64,000 nt of DNA from Sminthopsis crassicaudata (lineage: Eukaryota). Positions 35,561 through 49,005 of the stretch are shown one piece after another. The position numbers and the translations under genes are program-made. Within the stretch, counting starts at the first letter, position 1; every line of letters starts with the position of its first letter. The notes under the pieces were generated by a model. That model saw nothing but the letters and a program-made list of their open reading frames with translations. It had not been told where the DNA came from and searched no databases. The stretch spans positions 345,778,067 through 345,842,066 of the forward strand of contig NC_133617.1 of NCBI RefSeq assembly GCF_048593235.1, read 5' to 3'.

Positions 35561-36489
35561 GTGACCTTGCTAGTCACATTGTCTACTAATTTTGTACCAG
35601 AGTTCATACTAAAAAGCACAACTACGAATGCCAAATATCCCCTGTTTGATTCATATTTCAACCTAAAGGGAAATTATCGGGAAACTTATGAGTATGAAAT
35701 TCTGAAAACAAGAGTTTAAAAATGGAAGCCATTTTGTTACTTCAGGCAAAACATTTGTTACTCTCAATGCAGTAATGATCAGGTGAATAACTAAATGTCT
35801 TTTTAATTACATTATTTAGCTTGAATAGGCACAGACTTAGAAATTTTAATTAGCCTGACTAGAAAAGCAAATAATCTCATATTATCATTCTCCTCTAGCA
35901 TTCATATAAAACAGGAGCAGGGAGATGTGTGAGGGAGTGAACTACACATTACTGTTGACAGAACTTATTTTTTCATCACTAGTAAACAGAGCTTGCTCAT
36001 TTATTGGCAAGGAATATAAATATAAGTCAGCAGGATTTCTCCCCTTCCCTGCTCTTTCAATCCGTCTATAGTCAGGCAAATATGGAAGAAGTTTTAGAGA
36101 TAACAAAATATAAGTTTTTTAAATGAAGTATTTCACAAGCCCTAGTACATTGGGAAGGGTATAATTTGTAGTAGATATTTAGACATAGTCTTAGAGCTTT
36201 TACTGAAAGAATGAGAAGTTAAATGATTGGCCCAGGGTCACACCTCCATTTTATGTCAGAAGTAAAATTTGAACTCAGGTCTTCCAGGGACTGAAGTCAT
36301 CATTTATTCTTATAACTCTTGTTGAGATTATTTCCAATTTTTGTTCACACTCTTAAATTGGATTCCTAGACGATTGCCACTTTAGACTCTAGAAGTAACC
36401 CTTTGAGGCTATACTGTTACTATTGTATAGGCCATGAATCCTTACTAGTCTTCTTCCCATTAATATTCAATCAATGGGCACAATTAAGC

Positions 36490-36722
36490 GCAACTAGGTG
36501 ACACAATGCACAGAGGACTAGGCCTGCAGTGAGGAAGATCAAAATCAATCTCAGGCACTTCTAGCTGTATGACCCTGAGCAAGTCACTTCACCCTGCTTG
36601 CCTCATTTTTTTCATCTATAAAATGAGCTGGAGAAGAAAATGGCAAACCACTCCTGTATTTTGTCAAGAAAATCCCAAATGGCATCATAAAGAGTCAAAT
36701 ACAACTGAAATAATTGAACACA
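36490..36722 (+). mobile_element. MAR1-type CORE-SINE
   Basis: gcaactaggtgacacaatg...tgaccctgagcaagtcac...gagctggagaagaaaatggcaaaccactcc. Confidence 0.8.
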
Positions 36723-37799
36723 AAAAGACACAATTAGCTTTTAGCAAAGGAATATATTAAGATATACAGTATCTATATAATATTCTATCTATAAATGTAG
36801 AGTGCATTATTCCAGAGATATATAATACCTAAGCAAAGGTGGACTCAAACTTAGATTAAAATGATAGAGAAATTAATTTTAGATTACACCTGGCATTTGA
36901 TGTCATTTATCTTTTTATAGAATCCTCATGCAGCTCCTTTTTGGTTCTGCATCCATGCTGGGCAATGTGCTCAGCTGAGTTTGCAGTCTCAGTTCCTCTT
37001 CATACTGTCTCTCTTCTCTCCTTTTTCTCAAAGCTGCTCCCTCCTTTTGAGTACAGGTCTCCCTTTCTTTAGTTGCACATTATATTATCTTGAATTAACA
37101 TACTTTGGAACTACTGACCAGGTCTGGAAGTTGCTGCTAGATGTAATGTCTGATAGGAGATAAATTCTCTCTCCCTCCTTCAAGAATTTACTCTATAAAT
37201 CACTCCTGAGCCTCTATTCCATGCAACTGAACTTCCATGCTTAGGGCCTAGTTATTTAAAATCCTGCTAAGTTATATCTATTTTTTCTTTGTTTAATGAT
37301 GTTTCTAGTTTTAATTACATAAAAGAATTTACTTATGATATCACAAAGGAACTATGGTATAGACATGCTTTTTGCTTCATTCATATATTATGATAGTAAA
37401 ATATCAAGTCTCTTGTATACATGCATCTGTTATAGCTTACTTGTATAACTTATTAATTGTTCTTATATGTATAAGTACATCAATACTAAACTATTCAAAT
37501 AGAGACATGGGTCTCATCAATCTACATACTCCCTCTAACTTTGTAGATCACGTACCTAGGTTTTCCTCAACAAGGTTCACTATTAATATTATACCAGGGA
37601 TGCTATATATTTGTGCTAATAAGATACAACTGTCTCTAAAGAATTAATTTCATGGAAAACCTAAGGAAAAATATGAAATTATATGATGGACATAATATGT
37701 AAATAATAGCATAATATCAATGATATATCACACACAAGAAGTGGTGAAAAAGACATTGCCTAGGAAATGTATGGGCAGAAAAGGATATAGGCTAATCGT

Positions 37800-39090
37800 T
37801 TATCAAAAGCAATAACATTTATCTCTAGGGACAGAAATTCAAGAATCTCCAAGGAAATAATGAGACAAAAATATGTGAATAAAGGAAGTTTGGAAGCACA
37901 AGATTTCAAACTATACTTAAAAGCAGTAATTCTCACAAAGATTTTACTATGGAAAACATAGAGAGAGCAATCATTGAAATATATTAAGTACACAGCATGC
38001 AGAAACAAATTAATCTAGTAGTTTAGTACTGGACAAATCTGAACAATCTACCTTTTGAAATAAGGATTCTCTACTTGAAAAAAAAAAAAAAAGAAATACG
38101 GAAAGAAAAGAAAAGAAAAAAAAAAAAAAAACTTGCTGGTAAAACTAGACAATCCCATAGCAGAAATTCTTCATACCTTATACCAAGATAATCTTCAAAT
38201 GAAAATGTGGCCTAGATATAAATGCTCACATTATAAACAAAGTAGATGAAAAAGGAAGGAATCACCTTTCTAATTTATGGGAAGGATGAGAGCCCATGAC
38301 CTCAAAAGAGATAGAGAGAATCACAGAAGATAATACTGACAAATTGTTTTTGGAACTCATATACTCTAACTTCATTTTTTAATAATGGCTTTTTTTTTTC
38401 AAAATACATGCAAAGATATTTTTCAACATTCATCCTTGCAAAACCTTTTCTTCCAAATTTTTCTCCCTGCTTCCTCCTTTCTCTTAGACAGCAATCCAAT
38501 ATAGGTTATACATGTGTAATTCTTCTAATTTATCATGTTACACAAGAAAAATTAGATCAAAAAGGGAAAAAAGGTATGAAAGAAAAAAAAGCAAGCAAAC
38601 ACCAACAATAAAAAATGTGAATACTACATTGTGATCTACATTTAGTTCCCATAGTTTTCTTTCTGGATGCAAATGACTCTCTCCATTACAAGTCTATTGA
38701 AATTGACCTGAATTGCCATATTGTTGAAAAGAGCCAAGAATGTGGACAATTTTAATTATATAAAAATTTTAAAAGTTTTTGCACACCCAAATCCAATTTG
38801 CACATACCAACATAATTAGGTCTAGAAAGGAAACAACTAAGGAAAAAAAAACACCTAATATTAACTTGAATAAAAGTCTTACTTCTAAGATATAAGGAAC
38901 TTATTCACATTTATAAGAATAAAAGCCATTCCCCAACTGAAAAATTATCATAAAATATGAATAAACAATCCTTGAGGGAAAAAAATAACCTATCTATAGC
39001 TATAAGAAAAAAGGTTCCAAATTATTGATAATTGCAAAAATGCAAATTAAAACTAGACATTCTACTTCCTATTCATCTGATTTCCAAAGC
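37800..39090 (+). mobile_element. Old L1 ORF2 3' fragment, split by a younger antisense L1 3' end (about 38375-38746)
   Basis: Decayed homologues of DFKLYLKAV, NCWENW and KSHSP flank a minus-strand L1 3'UTR that begins ttttttaataatggc...caaaatacatgcaaagata. Confidence 0.7.
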
Positions 39091-40835
39091 ATGTTCTCTC
39101 TCTCACTCTCTCTATCTCTCTGTCTCTCTCACACTTTCTTTGTGTTTCTATGTCTCTCAAAATAACAATCGTTGATGATTTCACAAAATAAAAAGTTGAT
39201 ATTCATCACTTTGTATACATTTGGATTTTATATGAATCTAAATATGTTGAATTTTCCTCAAACCACAATTCATTCCTTCCTTGTCTAAATATCCATAGTA
39301 TTTTGTTTTATCTCTTGAAACTTGTCATAATCTGTCTTTTATTGTAGCATAGAAGTGCAGAAACATTTATGGATTTGTTTTATTCTTACTTCTACATAGT
39401 AAAATGCTCAGTAACAGGGATTTTGCTAATCATCTTTGCATTAGTTTTTGTGTGTAGACAGTACATTGTACTCAGAAAAGCCATCTGTGGTTGCAATAGA
39501 TAGAGTGGAGGACCTAGACTTAGAAATATCTGAAGTCAAAGCCTACCTAAAATACTAGCCTAAAATACTTAATAATACTAAAATAAAAATTACTTAAAGA
39601 AGTAATTTAATTTCTCTCATTAAGTGAACAAATGAGTAGAAAAAGTTTTAATTAGTTAGTGAACCAAAACCCCTGAGCAAGTAACAGAAAATACTTGAAC
39701 AAATGACCAAAACACAAGGTCATTTTAATTTTGTTTTCATATTTGAATTTAATTGTCTCACTCCCATGCTTAAGGAATTTATCATCGCTTCTGCCTGAAT
39801 ATTTTTCTCCAGGTCTACGAATTAGGGATTCTAAAACTTCCTCATCTGAAAACATACCAAGTCATTGCTTTTAAACTCTGGATCACTGAGATGTCACTGT
39901 GCTTGTAACCATTAAATGTTCTATTTTCCCAGAAGTTTTATCCAGAAGTCTCAGTGCTAGAAGACATCATCTAATCAATCCTCCAAACATTTCTTTTGAA
40001 GGTAGAGGGAAAATATCATTAAATCTTTTGCAGATGGCAAAACTGAATGATGGGAAAGTTAAAAGACATCAAAGCAAAAAAGTGGTTACTTTTATGTGAT
40101 CAGAGTTAAGGGGTGAGTTGCTCAACTTTATATTCTGCTCTTCATTATGGAGAGACATTTTTTTTTGACAGACCTGAACGGGGCTTTGGAGACCACAGTA
40201 TAAATAAGGGTCCATAGGAAAATAGGATAGTATTAATGATATGTTTTCATTCAACTCCTTTCCATGAAACATTTTTTTTTTTTATGTCATCACTGTCATC
40301 ATCATGAGAGAAATGGTTACTAAATAATTACTTGTTAATAGGGGGAAAATAGGATTTATGCCACTCTAAAACCCTCTTCTCTACTGGGCCAAGCCAATGT
40401 CAGAAGGGCATTGCTGATAATGAAACTGGATTGGCTTTTTCTTCAATCTCATTTAGATCCTGTCTAGGTGAGGAAGTTGTATGTTCTATTTAGGTTTGGT
40501 TGGGGATAAATTCTTTGATTAGCTTGCCCAAGACTGAGGCTTTGCTTTTGAAAGCAAATGACATGACCAAAGTCAAATTTCCTAGCTCCTTATTATAAAA
40601 GTTAACCTCTCATTATACTATTCATTCTCTCTCATTTCTTGCTAACCAGTCTGATTTGATTTTCAACCTCAGGAACACCTACTTTTCCAAGGGCATATAA
40701 GCATTGAGTGAATTCCATGTTACATCTTTGGTCTAAGAGAGAGGGCCAAATGACCATCTTTTATTAATGATATACTAGCATAATTAGTAAGATGATTTCC
40801 CAGAAACTATATTTCTCAAAACTTTTAAACATCAC

Positions 40836-40837
<2 letters not shown>

Positions 40838-40875
<38 letters not shown>
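40838..40875. repeat. (CAT)n microsatellite
   Basis: About 12 perfect units. Confidence 0.95.
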
Positions 40876-41084
40876 GTTAATTGCTAACATTTATGCTTTT
40901 TTACTTTACAAAACACTTCATAAAATTTATCCTCATAACAGTGATTACTCTATATCTTTATAATCCCTTGATTTTTTTTCCCCAATTGTTTTGACCTTTT
41001 GAATTCAAGCAATTCTTATGCATGTTGTCCTTAAACATTTATTCCTTTTTAAAAATTAAGATTTCCGGTGCAAGTCCATGAGAC

Positions 41085-41524
41085 TGTGTGGTACGGAAAT
41101 GGTGAGGGGTCACCATTTAATAAAAAAAGCTGGAGAGAGCTCTAGAGAAAAGCAAAGTTTATTGTACATTCTCTGGAGAAGGGCGTCCCACCCTTCGAGT
41201 AGACAATCAAAGAGAGGAAGCACCTCCTGTGGGCAGGACAGCACCTTTAATCCCTAACGAAAAACGCCCCTTCCCACCACTGACCCTCATCCTCATTGGC
41301 TGAGAGTCTTACATTCTAAACGAGAGATCTACCCATGAAATTGAACATGACCAATAAGTACATAATTGCCCATATTTGGATGGAATAGGGAGATATCATA
41401 GGAGGGGAAGGCAATGCCCTTTGCTCGAACTTCAGAGTCCTTCAGGCCTACTCGAACTCTGAAGTAGATGAAGCCTTACTCGATTTTCACAACTGTCTTG
41501 AAAGATCTCACCTCATCTCATTCA
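41085..41524 (-). mobile_element. Solo LTR (440 bp), relatively young; 4-bp TSD
   Basis: TG...CA ends with TSD agac (41081-41084, 41525-41528). Minus-strand order is CCAAT (41295-41299), ATTAAA TATA-like (41246-41251), AATAAA (41158-41163). Several CpGs are intact. Confidence 0.85.
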
Positions 41525-42789
41525 AGACTTTGACACATTCCTTTGTTTTCTGTTTTCTAATAGAAATTCTGTGTGTTTCATTGAAATTCAGAAAACTATG
41601 TATTCACCAGTACAAGTATTTTTGGTTCATCAGAGATAACACTAAGCAAGTATCAAATTCATTCTACTCCTTTCTTTCTTGAAGTGTTTAATGGGATATC
41701 ACTACAACATATGTAGTAAATTCCCATCTCCCTCTTCACAATTCCTGCATATGTCATTTTCTTTAGTGCCAATTTTTATGCCCTCCTTATTGGTACATAG
41801 CACAGGATAAAAAAAAATCTTTATTAAAATATGATTGACTATTCAAAGTGAAGACTATTACATTCCTAAATATAGCATATCAGTCATACAAACATAAAGT
41901 ATATATTGAAGATATTGTCTATTTTTGGTTTGTCAGACTTTATAATGGGAGCTTTTTAGGCTTTTGATTACATTTTATGCCTTCTATTCTTTTCTGAATT
42001 TGTCTCAGCTTTAAATATTGCCAATGTTGATTAAATTTCCCAGATTAAAAGACTCTCTTAGGGCCTGATACTGTAACATGCACTCAATGAGCAGGCAAAC
42101 TTCCTCTTAGTCAATGAAAATGTAATGGGTACAGTATCTGACTTACATTAGAATCAAAGGAATGTCCAGATACCACTTCTGTCTCAAAGGGATCTAGATT
42201 TGGGAATTCCAATTTAGGGCAATGGGATTTGGAGAACAGAAAAGGGAATATTTTCAGACTTGAAAGTCAATCTATTCAAGTTCCTATATAACATGTTACT
42301 GTGTGTGTATATATAGTATACATAAACATATGCATGTTAAATAATCAAATGGGTAAATCTCAAAGGAGGTAAGTAGACTAATATGTAAAGGACTATCAGG
42401 ACTCAAGGATTTGGGGATATAAATCAGTTACTATCTTATTGTGTGACTCTGGACAAGTCATTTGCTTATCTGGATTTCAATTTCCTCATCTATAAACAAT
42501 TGGACTAGAAAATGCCTAAACTTCCTTTCAACTCTAATAATCTATGAGTAATTGTATTTATGAATGATGCTGATGATGTGCATTAAGCAGGAGTTTTAAA
42601 GGAGATTTTTAAAATTCAGGTTAAAGATTTTTAAAAACCAGAGATAAGCTGAAATACTTCCTTTTACTATATCCATATTAAGAAAAACCATCTGGTAAGA
42701 TGGAGGACAGATGAATTTTTCTTGGATTTGGATTTATTTTAATATCTCAAATGTTAAATAATTATACAATATTGTTTACAAAGTAAGTT

Positions 42790-42930
42790 TTACTTGAAAT
42801 AATACTTGAGGTAAGTTAGTATTATTATGTCAATTTTTTACAGATGTGGAAACCAAAGTTCAGAGAGTTTAAGTGGACTGCCCAAAGTCTCAGGATTGGG
42901 TTTTGAATCTAAATGTCAGCATTCTTTCTA
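42790..42930 (-). mobile_element. MIR fragment
   Basis: tttttacagatgtggaaaccaaagttcagagagtttaagtggactgcccaaagtc. Confidence 0.7.
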
Positions 42931-42939
42931 CTTACTTAC

Positions 42940-42968
42940 CAGACCCCTCCTCTAAAGGCAGAATTCTG
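42940..42968 (-). other. Candidate 29-nt micro-exon
   Basis: ccatttcttattctgtctcttcttgcag|CAGAATTCTGCCTTTAGAGGAGGGGTCTG|gtaagtaag: long pyrimidine tract, NAGNAG acceptor and consensus donor. Confidence 0.35.
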
Positions 42969-43262
42969 CTGCAAGAAGAGACAGAATAAGAAATGGCTTA
43001 CTTGCTAAGGGCCATTTAAAAAGGGATTAATAATATAGAATTAGCAGGAAATACGTGTTCAGTCAGAGTTTCTACTGAATGATTTGGTATCAGACCAGTT
43101 ACTTCCATTTCTTTTCTTCTCATTCATTTTAAGTGCCTCTTGAATATCAGTCTGTGGCTATTACAATTCTATATCTCCACAAATCCTAGTTGAGAGAGAA
43201 AGGTCTTTAGGCTCTAGACAACCTGCTCTGGTTCCATTCTATTCCTGGAAGCCTTCAGTTAC

Positions 43263-43298
43263 CTTGAGCTCTGAATCCGGTGGTTTGGTCATAGTGAC
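43263..43298 (-). other. Candidate 36-nt symmetric micro-exon
   Basis: cattttcttacatctatttgtctag|GTCACTATGACCAAACCACCGGATTCAGAGCTCAAG|gtaactg. Open in phase 0 (VTMTKPPDSELK) and phase 1; CpG-retaining surroundings. Confidence 0.35.
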
Positions 43299-46200
43299 CT
43301 AGACAAATAGATGTAAGAAAATGCTGAATATTGTTGAGCAAGCCAACTGTTCCAACTGCCTCACTGCTCAGAAAAACTGTGTTGCAGCTTTGGGAACAAA
43401 CTAATCACCGGCAATAGCTATACTCTCGGTCCACAGAGGAATAACTAGATACAGTCTTGCTATAACAAGTATTTGACAGGCTGCCTTACTGCTGTTTCCG
43501 CGTGTTATTTATAAGAGGCTATGCAGTTTATTTCATGAATTCATGAGAAAACACCATACTCAGTGAAACCCATGGTCCATCCAGCCCAGTATTCTCTCTC
43601 TGACAGTGACACCCAGGGATATTTTATGACAAAGCTCAATAGTTGCCCTTAGTGATACAATTTTCAATCATTTCTGTGTGCCCTTAAGAGCACTAACTTT
43701 TTACTTTGTGCTACTTATTTATTATCTATTACTAAGGAGTTACATGTTGATATTATGATACCAATTTCAGTTTCCAGAATTTAAGAGAAATATTACAAGG
43801 TAAAAAAAAAAAAAAAAAGCAAGCAAAGGAAAAGTGGGAATTAGCCCTAGCAAGCTCAATGGCCTTGTTTTTCCAAGTCCTTCCTTCCATTGGATTGTAA
43901 GGTCCATGAGAGCAGAACTATGATTTAACTAAATTTTATGCAGGACTCTGAACACTGTGGAACACTCTCTTACCTCTTAAAATGAATGAAGACTAAGAAT
44001 CCACCTTACCCTAAAAAGTGGCAAAATCTTGCCTATGTTCTATTACTGATCAAAAAGGAAGCAAGTGGCTGAGTTTTCATATACTGTGTCTCATCTTTAC
44101 TTGATATCTGCTACTGTGAAATTCATAGGTTAACGTAAAGTGGGTGATGTATGTCTGGAACATGATGGTTATCTTTACTTTTTAAATGCAGTGCTATAGA
44201 TAGGGTTGTGTTTTCTGACTATAAGTAGCAATGAAAAGACTAAAGACATTTATTTCTCCCCCAGTGCTTGCGTGTAAACTGAGATAGGATCTGGGAAGTT
44301 CTATAATTGTGGTTTGTTTTTGTTTTGAACTAGAAACAAGTGAAAACATCCCCTCTGCTCATAGAGATCAGCATCTGATCAACAATATGTAGTCTTAGAA
44401 TTTCTGGGGATTGAGAGTTTAGGTAATTAACCCAGAGTCTCTCTGCCCAAATGTGTCAGAGACAGGACTTGACTTTACCTCTGCTCAAGGTCTACTTAGG
44501 GCTAATTCACTTCACAATACTACCTGCCATGATATCCTATATCCCCCAAAAAACTTTTTTTTTTCTTAATAGGGGACTTTGAGATTTTGATTGTTGATTA
44601 TGTATGTTACATATTTTCCTGAGAAGCAACAAAAACAAAATTTTATGCTTATAAATCTTTGAGTTTATTTCCAAGACTCATTTTCATTTTATTGTACTAG
44701 TTAAATCAGTTACTAGAGTTAAGCTATTTTAATTTAATTTAATCTCATATACCATCACTATGAAGTGAATATTAAGAAATAGAAGCTATTTATAGTATCA
44801 GAAGCTGGTTCTTCTTCCCTCCCCCCAGTTAAAAATTCTACCTTATAACCCAGGCCTTATCTCTATTCAAACTACTTTAAATTAAGTAAATGAAGTTACT
44901 CAGTAATATTACAAAAGAAAAGAGAGGGGAAAAAAGGATAACATACATTTAAAAACCTTATTTGAGGTCATGGATCAAGAAGTAAAACATTTTCAGAAGC
45001 TGAAAACGGGAGGCTTCCAGATTGCTAGCTACATACACCCACTTATTATTATTATTATTTTAATATATTTAATATAATATATTTAATAAAATTTAATAAA
45101 TGTATTGCTGAACGATTTCATACATTAATGACTGAAGGGAAGAAAAATTTTATTTAATGCTTACTATGTGCTAAGAGTAAGGACAGTTGCTGCTTTTAAG
45201 TATATCACATCCTAATTAGAAAAGACAACATATATAGAAGAGTTCAGCTGAAAGGTGGATGGAAAATCCTAGACATTGAAGGCATTGGATTATTTGTTCC
45301 ACTAGAGGAGCAGAGGGGAAAGTGGATCTAATCTTAATGTTGGCGAATGATTCTTAATTCTGATAAAGGTAAAGAGGAGGAAGAGGGAAAGGTCAGTGTC
45401 TACCTAGAAGAGGAAAATAGGAAGGAAACATTGTCAAAAAGATTAAAGAAGGATATAAGACAAGATCACACTGATTGGGAACTCCATGGGGTTTGGGTGA
45501 ACTATGATGGAGGAGGAGAAAATCAGGTCATTTTATGAGCACGCTCCCACAAAAAATTATTTATTAAAAAAAATTCCTTTGGACCACAGATCCATTTTGA
45601 AATTTTGTAGTTGGAAAAGGATCAGGACACCAGGGAGGTGACTTCACAATTTGCAATAGGTCCCAGCCCAAGCTCTTTTGGTCATTGTTTGGGTCCTAAT
45701 TAATTCAGATTGAATATAAATAGCAGTCACTTCTGCTTTCCCCAGAAACCCTAAGGGTCTTCCCCTCCCAGATTTTGAAGCTAGTCTGTTAGAGGGAGTA
45801 TATAATAGAGAGACCATGGGATCTGTATCCTGAAAACTTGGATTCAAAATCTGACTTTAGTTAACAATTTTGTCCGTGCCATTTTCATCTCTCTGACTGA
45901 ATTTATAAATTCATTTATAAAATGAAGAGATGGACTAAATTTCTCTTAGGGTCTCTTCCCAATTACAATCCTACACTACAATCCTATGGCATTCCCGTGT
46001 TAGGAAATGCAACAGAACCTTTTGGCACTTTACTAAATCCTAGTTTCATTTCTTCTGAAAAAAATCCCAGTATTCTATAAAGCTCATCTTTGGGGCTCAC
46101 CTCATCTGAATTTGGTGGAGAATTCATCTTTACTGCATAAAATAAAATCTTTCAGTTTTACCAATGTAATTTACTGTATAAAATAAAATCTTTTAGTTTA

Positions 46201-48179
46201 CCAAAGTTCACTACTTTATGGGTATTACTTAGTCATGGAATCATAGAAGTGAATAGAACTTGAGTTCTTCTTGTTCATTTACATAAGTAGAAACAGAGGT
46301 TTCACACATAATTAATTTATGATTGTGGTGGGGCTTGACTCTACTAACTAGAATGGTGGTTTTGAGGAGCTCACTTATTCTCTCTGGCTCTCAATTTCTT
46401 CATTTAACAAAAAAGGGAAAAAAGGCTTGAATTAAAGATTTCCAAAGTCCTCTTTAGCACTATGATTCCATGATCTATGATATATAAGTAGTTTGTTTCT
46501 ATTGTAATCAGTGGAATAAATTGCAAGCATATTAACTTTGAGCTTTCTAATTTTTACATCTTGCATAATAGACTTACATTTTAAAATTACATAAAATCAA
46601 TTGTGTTTTTATTCAGAGATTCCACATAATGTCAGCAGGGACCAGATCTGAAAGAGGAAGAGAAGTAGAAAGAATTGAATTGATGCTAATTAAAGTTATT
46701 TCAGTTATAAACTGAATGAAATGAATTGCAAATAAAATTGTGAAGCCTTTGAAATTTACATTATTTGTACATCAACTTCACCTTTTAGAATTGTCTTTTA
46801 CCCCTTTCATCAATCTCTCACAGGAATCCTGAGATTCTTATCACCCAACTACCCAGGGCTCTTCATCTTGGTCCCTATCCCCAAGCAAGGACATCTGCTC
46901 TGGAATACTCTCGTCTTTCACTAGATAAAACATTCTGTGATATTTGTAATATCTGTAAATATCTATAATATAAAAACCTTATTTTAAGCCTCTTTAAAAA
47001 ACATGTTAATAACAACATTTAAAAAAAAAAATAATGTTCTAGGCCAAAGAAGGCAAGTTGATTGAGAGGGATTTAAGTCTTGTTCAGAAGGTAAAATGAT
47101 TGGGATAGGCCAATAACACTTCTCATAGCCCCTGAGTCCCCCCACAGAGAGGGATGTCTTTTCTGGTTTTATGAAGGAGACCACACCTAAAAGAGACACA
47201 ATGCAGGATCTGGGTTGAGAAAAGCCTGAGATAAAACCTCACTTCTGATACTATTTGTGTGACCATAAGCAATTTACTCAATCTCTCTAAAATTGAAGCA
47301 GTTCTATCAGACTTAAGTAATAGATGTGCTGCTATCAGTACTACACTGATAAAATCACAGATCCTTGAAATAATTCTTCTCCTAAGAATTTAAAAAAATA
47401 AAATCTGAAATGAGGGATGAATACTACAGTATCTCTAAGGTGACATTTGTTCATCTTCACTCCAATTTTTTTCCCCACATCTGTTATAATTTCTCCAAAT
47501 TCCTACTGCCATTTTTTAGGATTACTAAATACACCGCTTGTAAAACATACTTTCTGAAGCTTTCACAGGTAGACTCAATTTAATATAACAATACTAGCTT
47601 GACAGACAAACCTCTGAGAAGAACTCTGATTTTTCAATTTTGCTCCAGATTGCTCTGAGCAGTCAGAATTTTCATGTCTCATTCTTTTTCACCACAGCGT
47701 TCTTAGATCTCAATAGGACCATTTTCTTAACTTCCTTTTTCCTTGTGAAAAAAGATATGCTCATTAACCTGAAGCTTTTGTGCCTAAGGATGATTTTACT
47801 TAATAATTATAAATGATTATCTAGTGTATTTTCCACAATGCCTATTCTAAGTATGAAGAAATGTAGAACATTATGTTATAATATAATAGATTGTAAGCTG
47901 CTTGAGACCAGAGAAGGTTATATTTTTTTCTTCATATCCTGGGATCTCACTTAATAATACCTGGCACACAGCAATCACTTTTAAAATGGTTGATTAAAGT
48001 GAATTGAAGAATCATATGCTTCCTCATCTGAAAAGGCAAGGGATTGGTCTTGTCTCTAAGGTCCCTTTCAATCATATATTGCCTTTCCCATTATTTCTTT
48101 TAAGCTAAAGACTTGAATGACAAATGAATATTTGAAACAGGTCAACTCAAAACCAAACATGCAGAAAATCCTTTTTAAA

Positions 48180-48430
48180 TCTGCTAAATAATAAACGTGG
48201 GTAGGGACAAGATCTAGCCCTATTTCACTAGTATGGGGAACTTTCAGGTGAGAAAATTCCCTCTATCAGTTTAAGTCAGCACCTTCTCTGCAACTCAGAG
48301 TCTTAGAGAATTACCTGAACTGCTGAGAGAATAAGAGATATATTGGGGTCATAGGCAGCAAATGCCAGATAGAGAATTTAACTCAAGTCTTCCCAGTCTT
48401 AAGACCAATTCCTTATTTACTATGTTGTGC
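48180..48430 (-). mobile_element. Marsupial CORE-SINE (family uncertain)
   Basis: atttcactagtatggggaactttcaggtgagaaaattccctctatc...cagcaccttctctgcaac...gtcttagaga is a recurrent marsupial SINE tail joined to a CORE segment. Confidence 0.55.
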
Positions 48431-48499
48431 TACCCCTAAATGAGACATTTCCTGATCTCCTTCTATTCCCATGCTCTCATTGCTGGTGCTTTACCCCTC

Positions 48500-48657
48500 N
48501 NNNNNNNNNNNNNNNNNNNNNNNNNNNNNNNNNNNNNNNNNNNNNNNNNNNNNNNNNNNNNNNNNNNNNNNNNNNNNNNNNNNNNNNNNNNNNNNNNNNN
48601 NNNNNNNNNNNNNNNNNNNNNNNNNNNNNNNNNNNNNNNNNNNNNNNNNNNNNNNNN
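48500..48657. other. Assembly gap (158 N)
   Basis: Run of n. Confidence 1.
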
Positions 48658-48779
48658 TGCATGTTGTTCCCACTCCTTTTTTGTGCATCATCCTCCTTAG
48701 GGTATAAGCTTCTTGATGATCTGTATTATTTTAATTGCATATCCAATAATAATAACAATTATTATTATTATTGTATATA

Positions 48780-49005
48780 GTGATTAGTTTGTTCCAGGCA
48801 CTGTGATAAGCACTTTGAAATTATTATTTCATTTGATCTTCACAATAACCTTGGAAGGTAGATGATATTATCCTTACTTTGAAGATAAGGAAACTGAGGA
48901 CAGAAATTAACTGACTTGTCTAGGATCTATGGCCAGTAAATGTCAGAGGTCTTATTTGAACTTAGGTCTCATGACTCTGTACACTCTATCCATTAAGCCA
49001 CATAG
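48780..49005 (-). mobile_element. MIR SINE
   Basis: ccaggcactgtgataagcactttg...gatcttcacaataaccttggaaggtag...gataaggaaactgagg...atttgaacttaggtc. Confidence 0.8.

Noticed and set aside
45299-45312. CTCF-like ccactagaggagca (similar sequences near 33799 and 33942)
   Set aside because: It mismatches the GGC core positions of the CTCF consensus.
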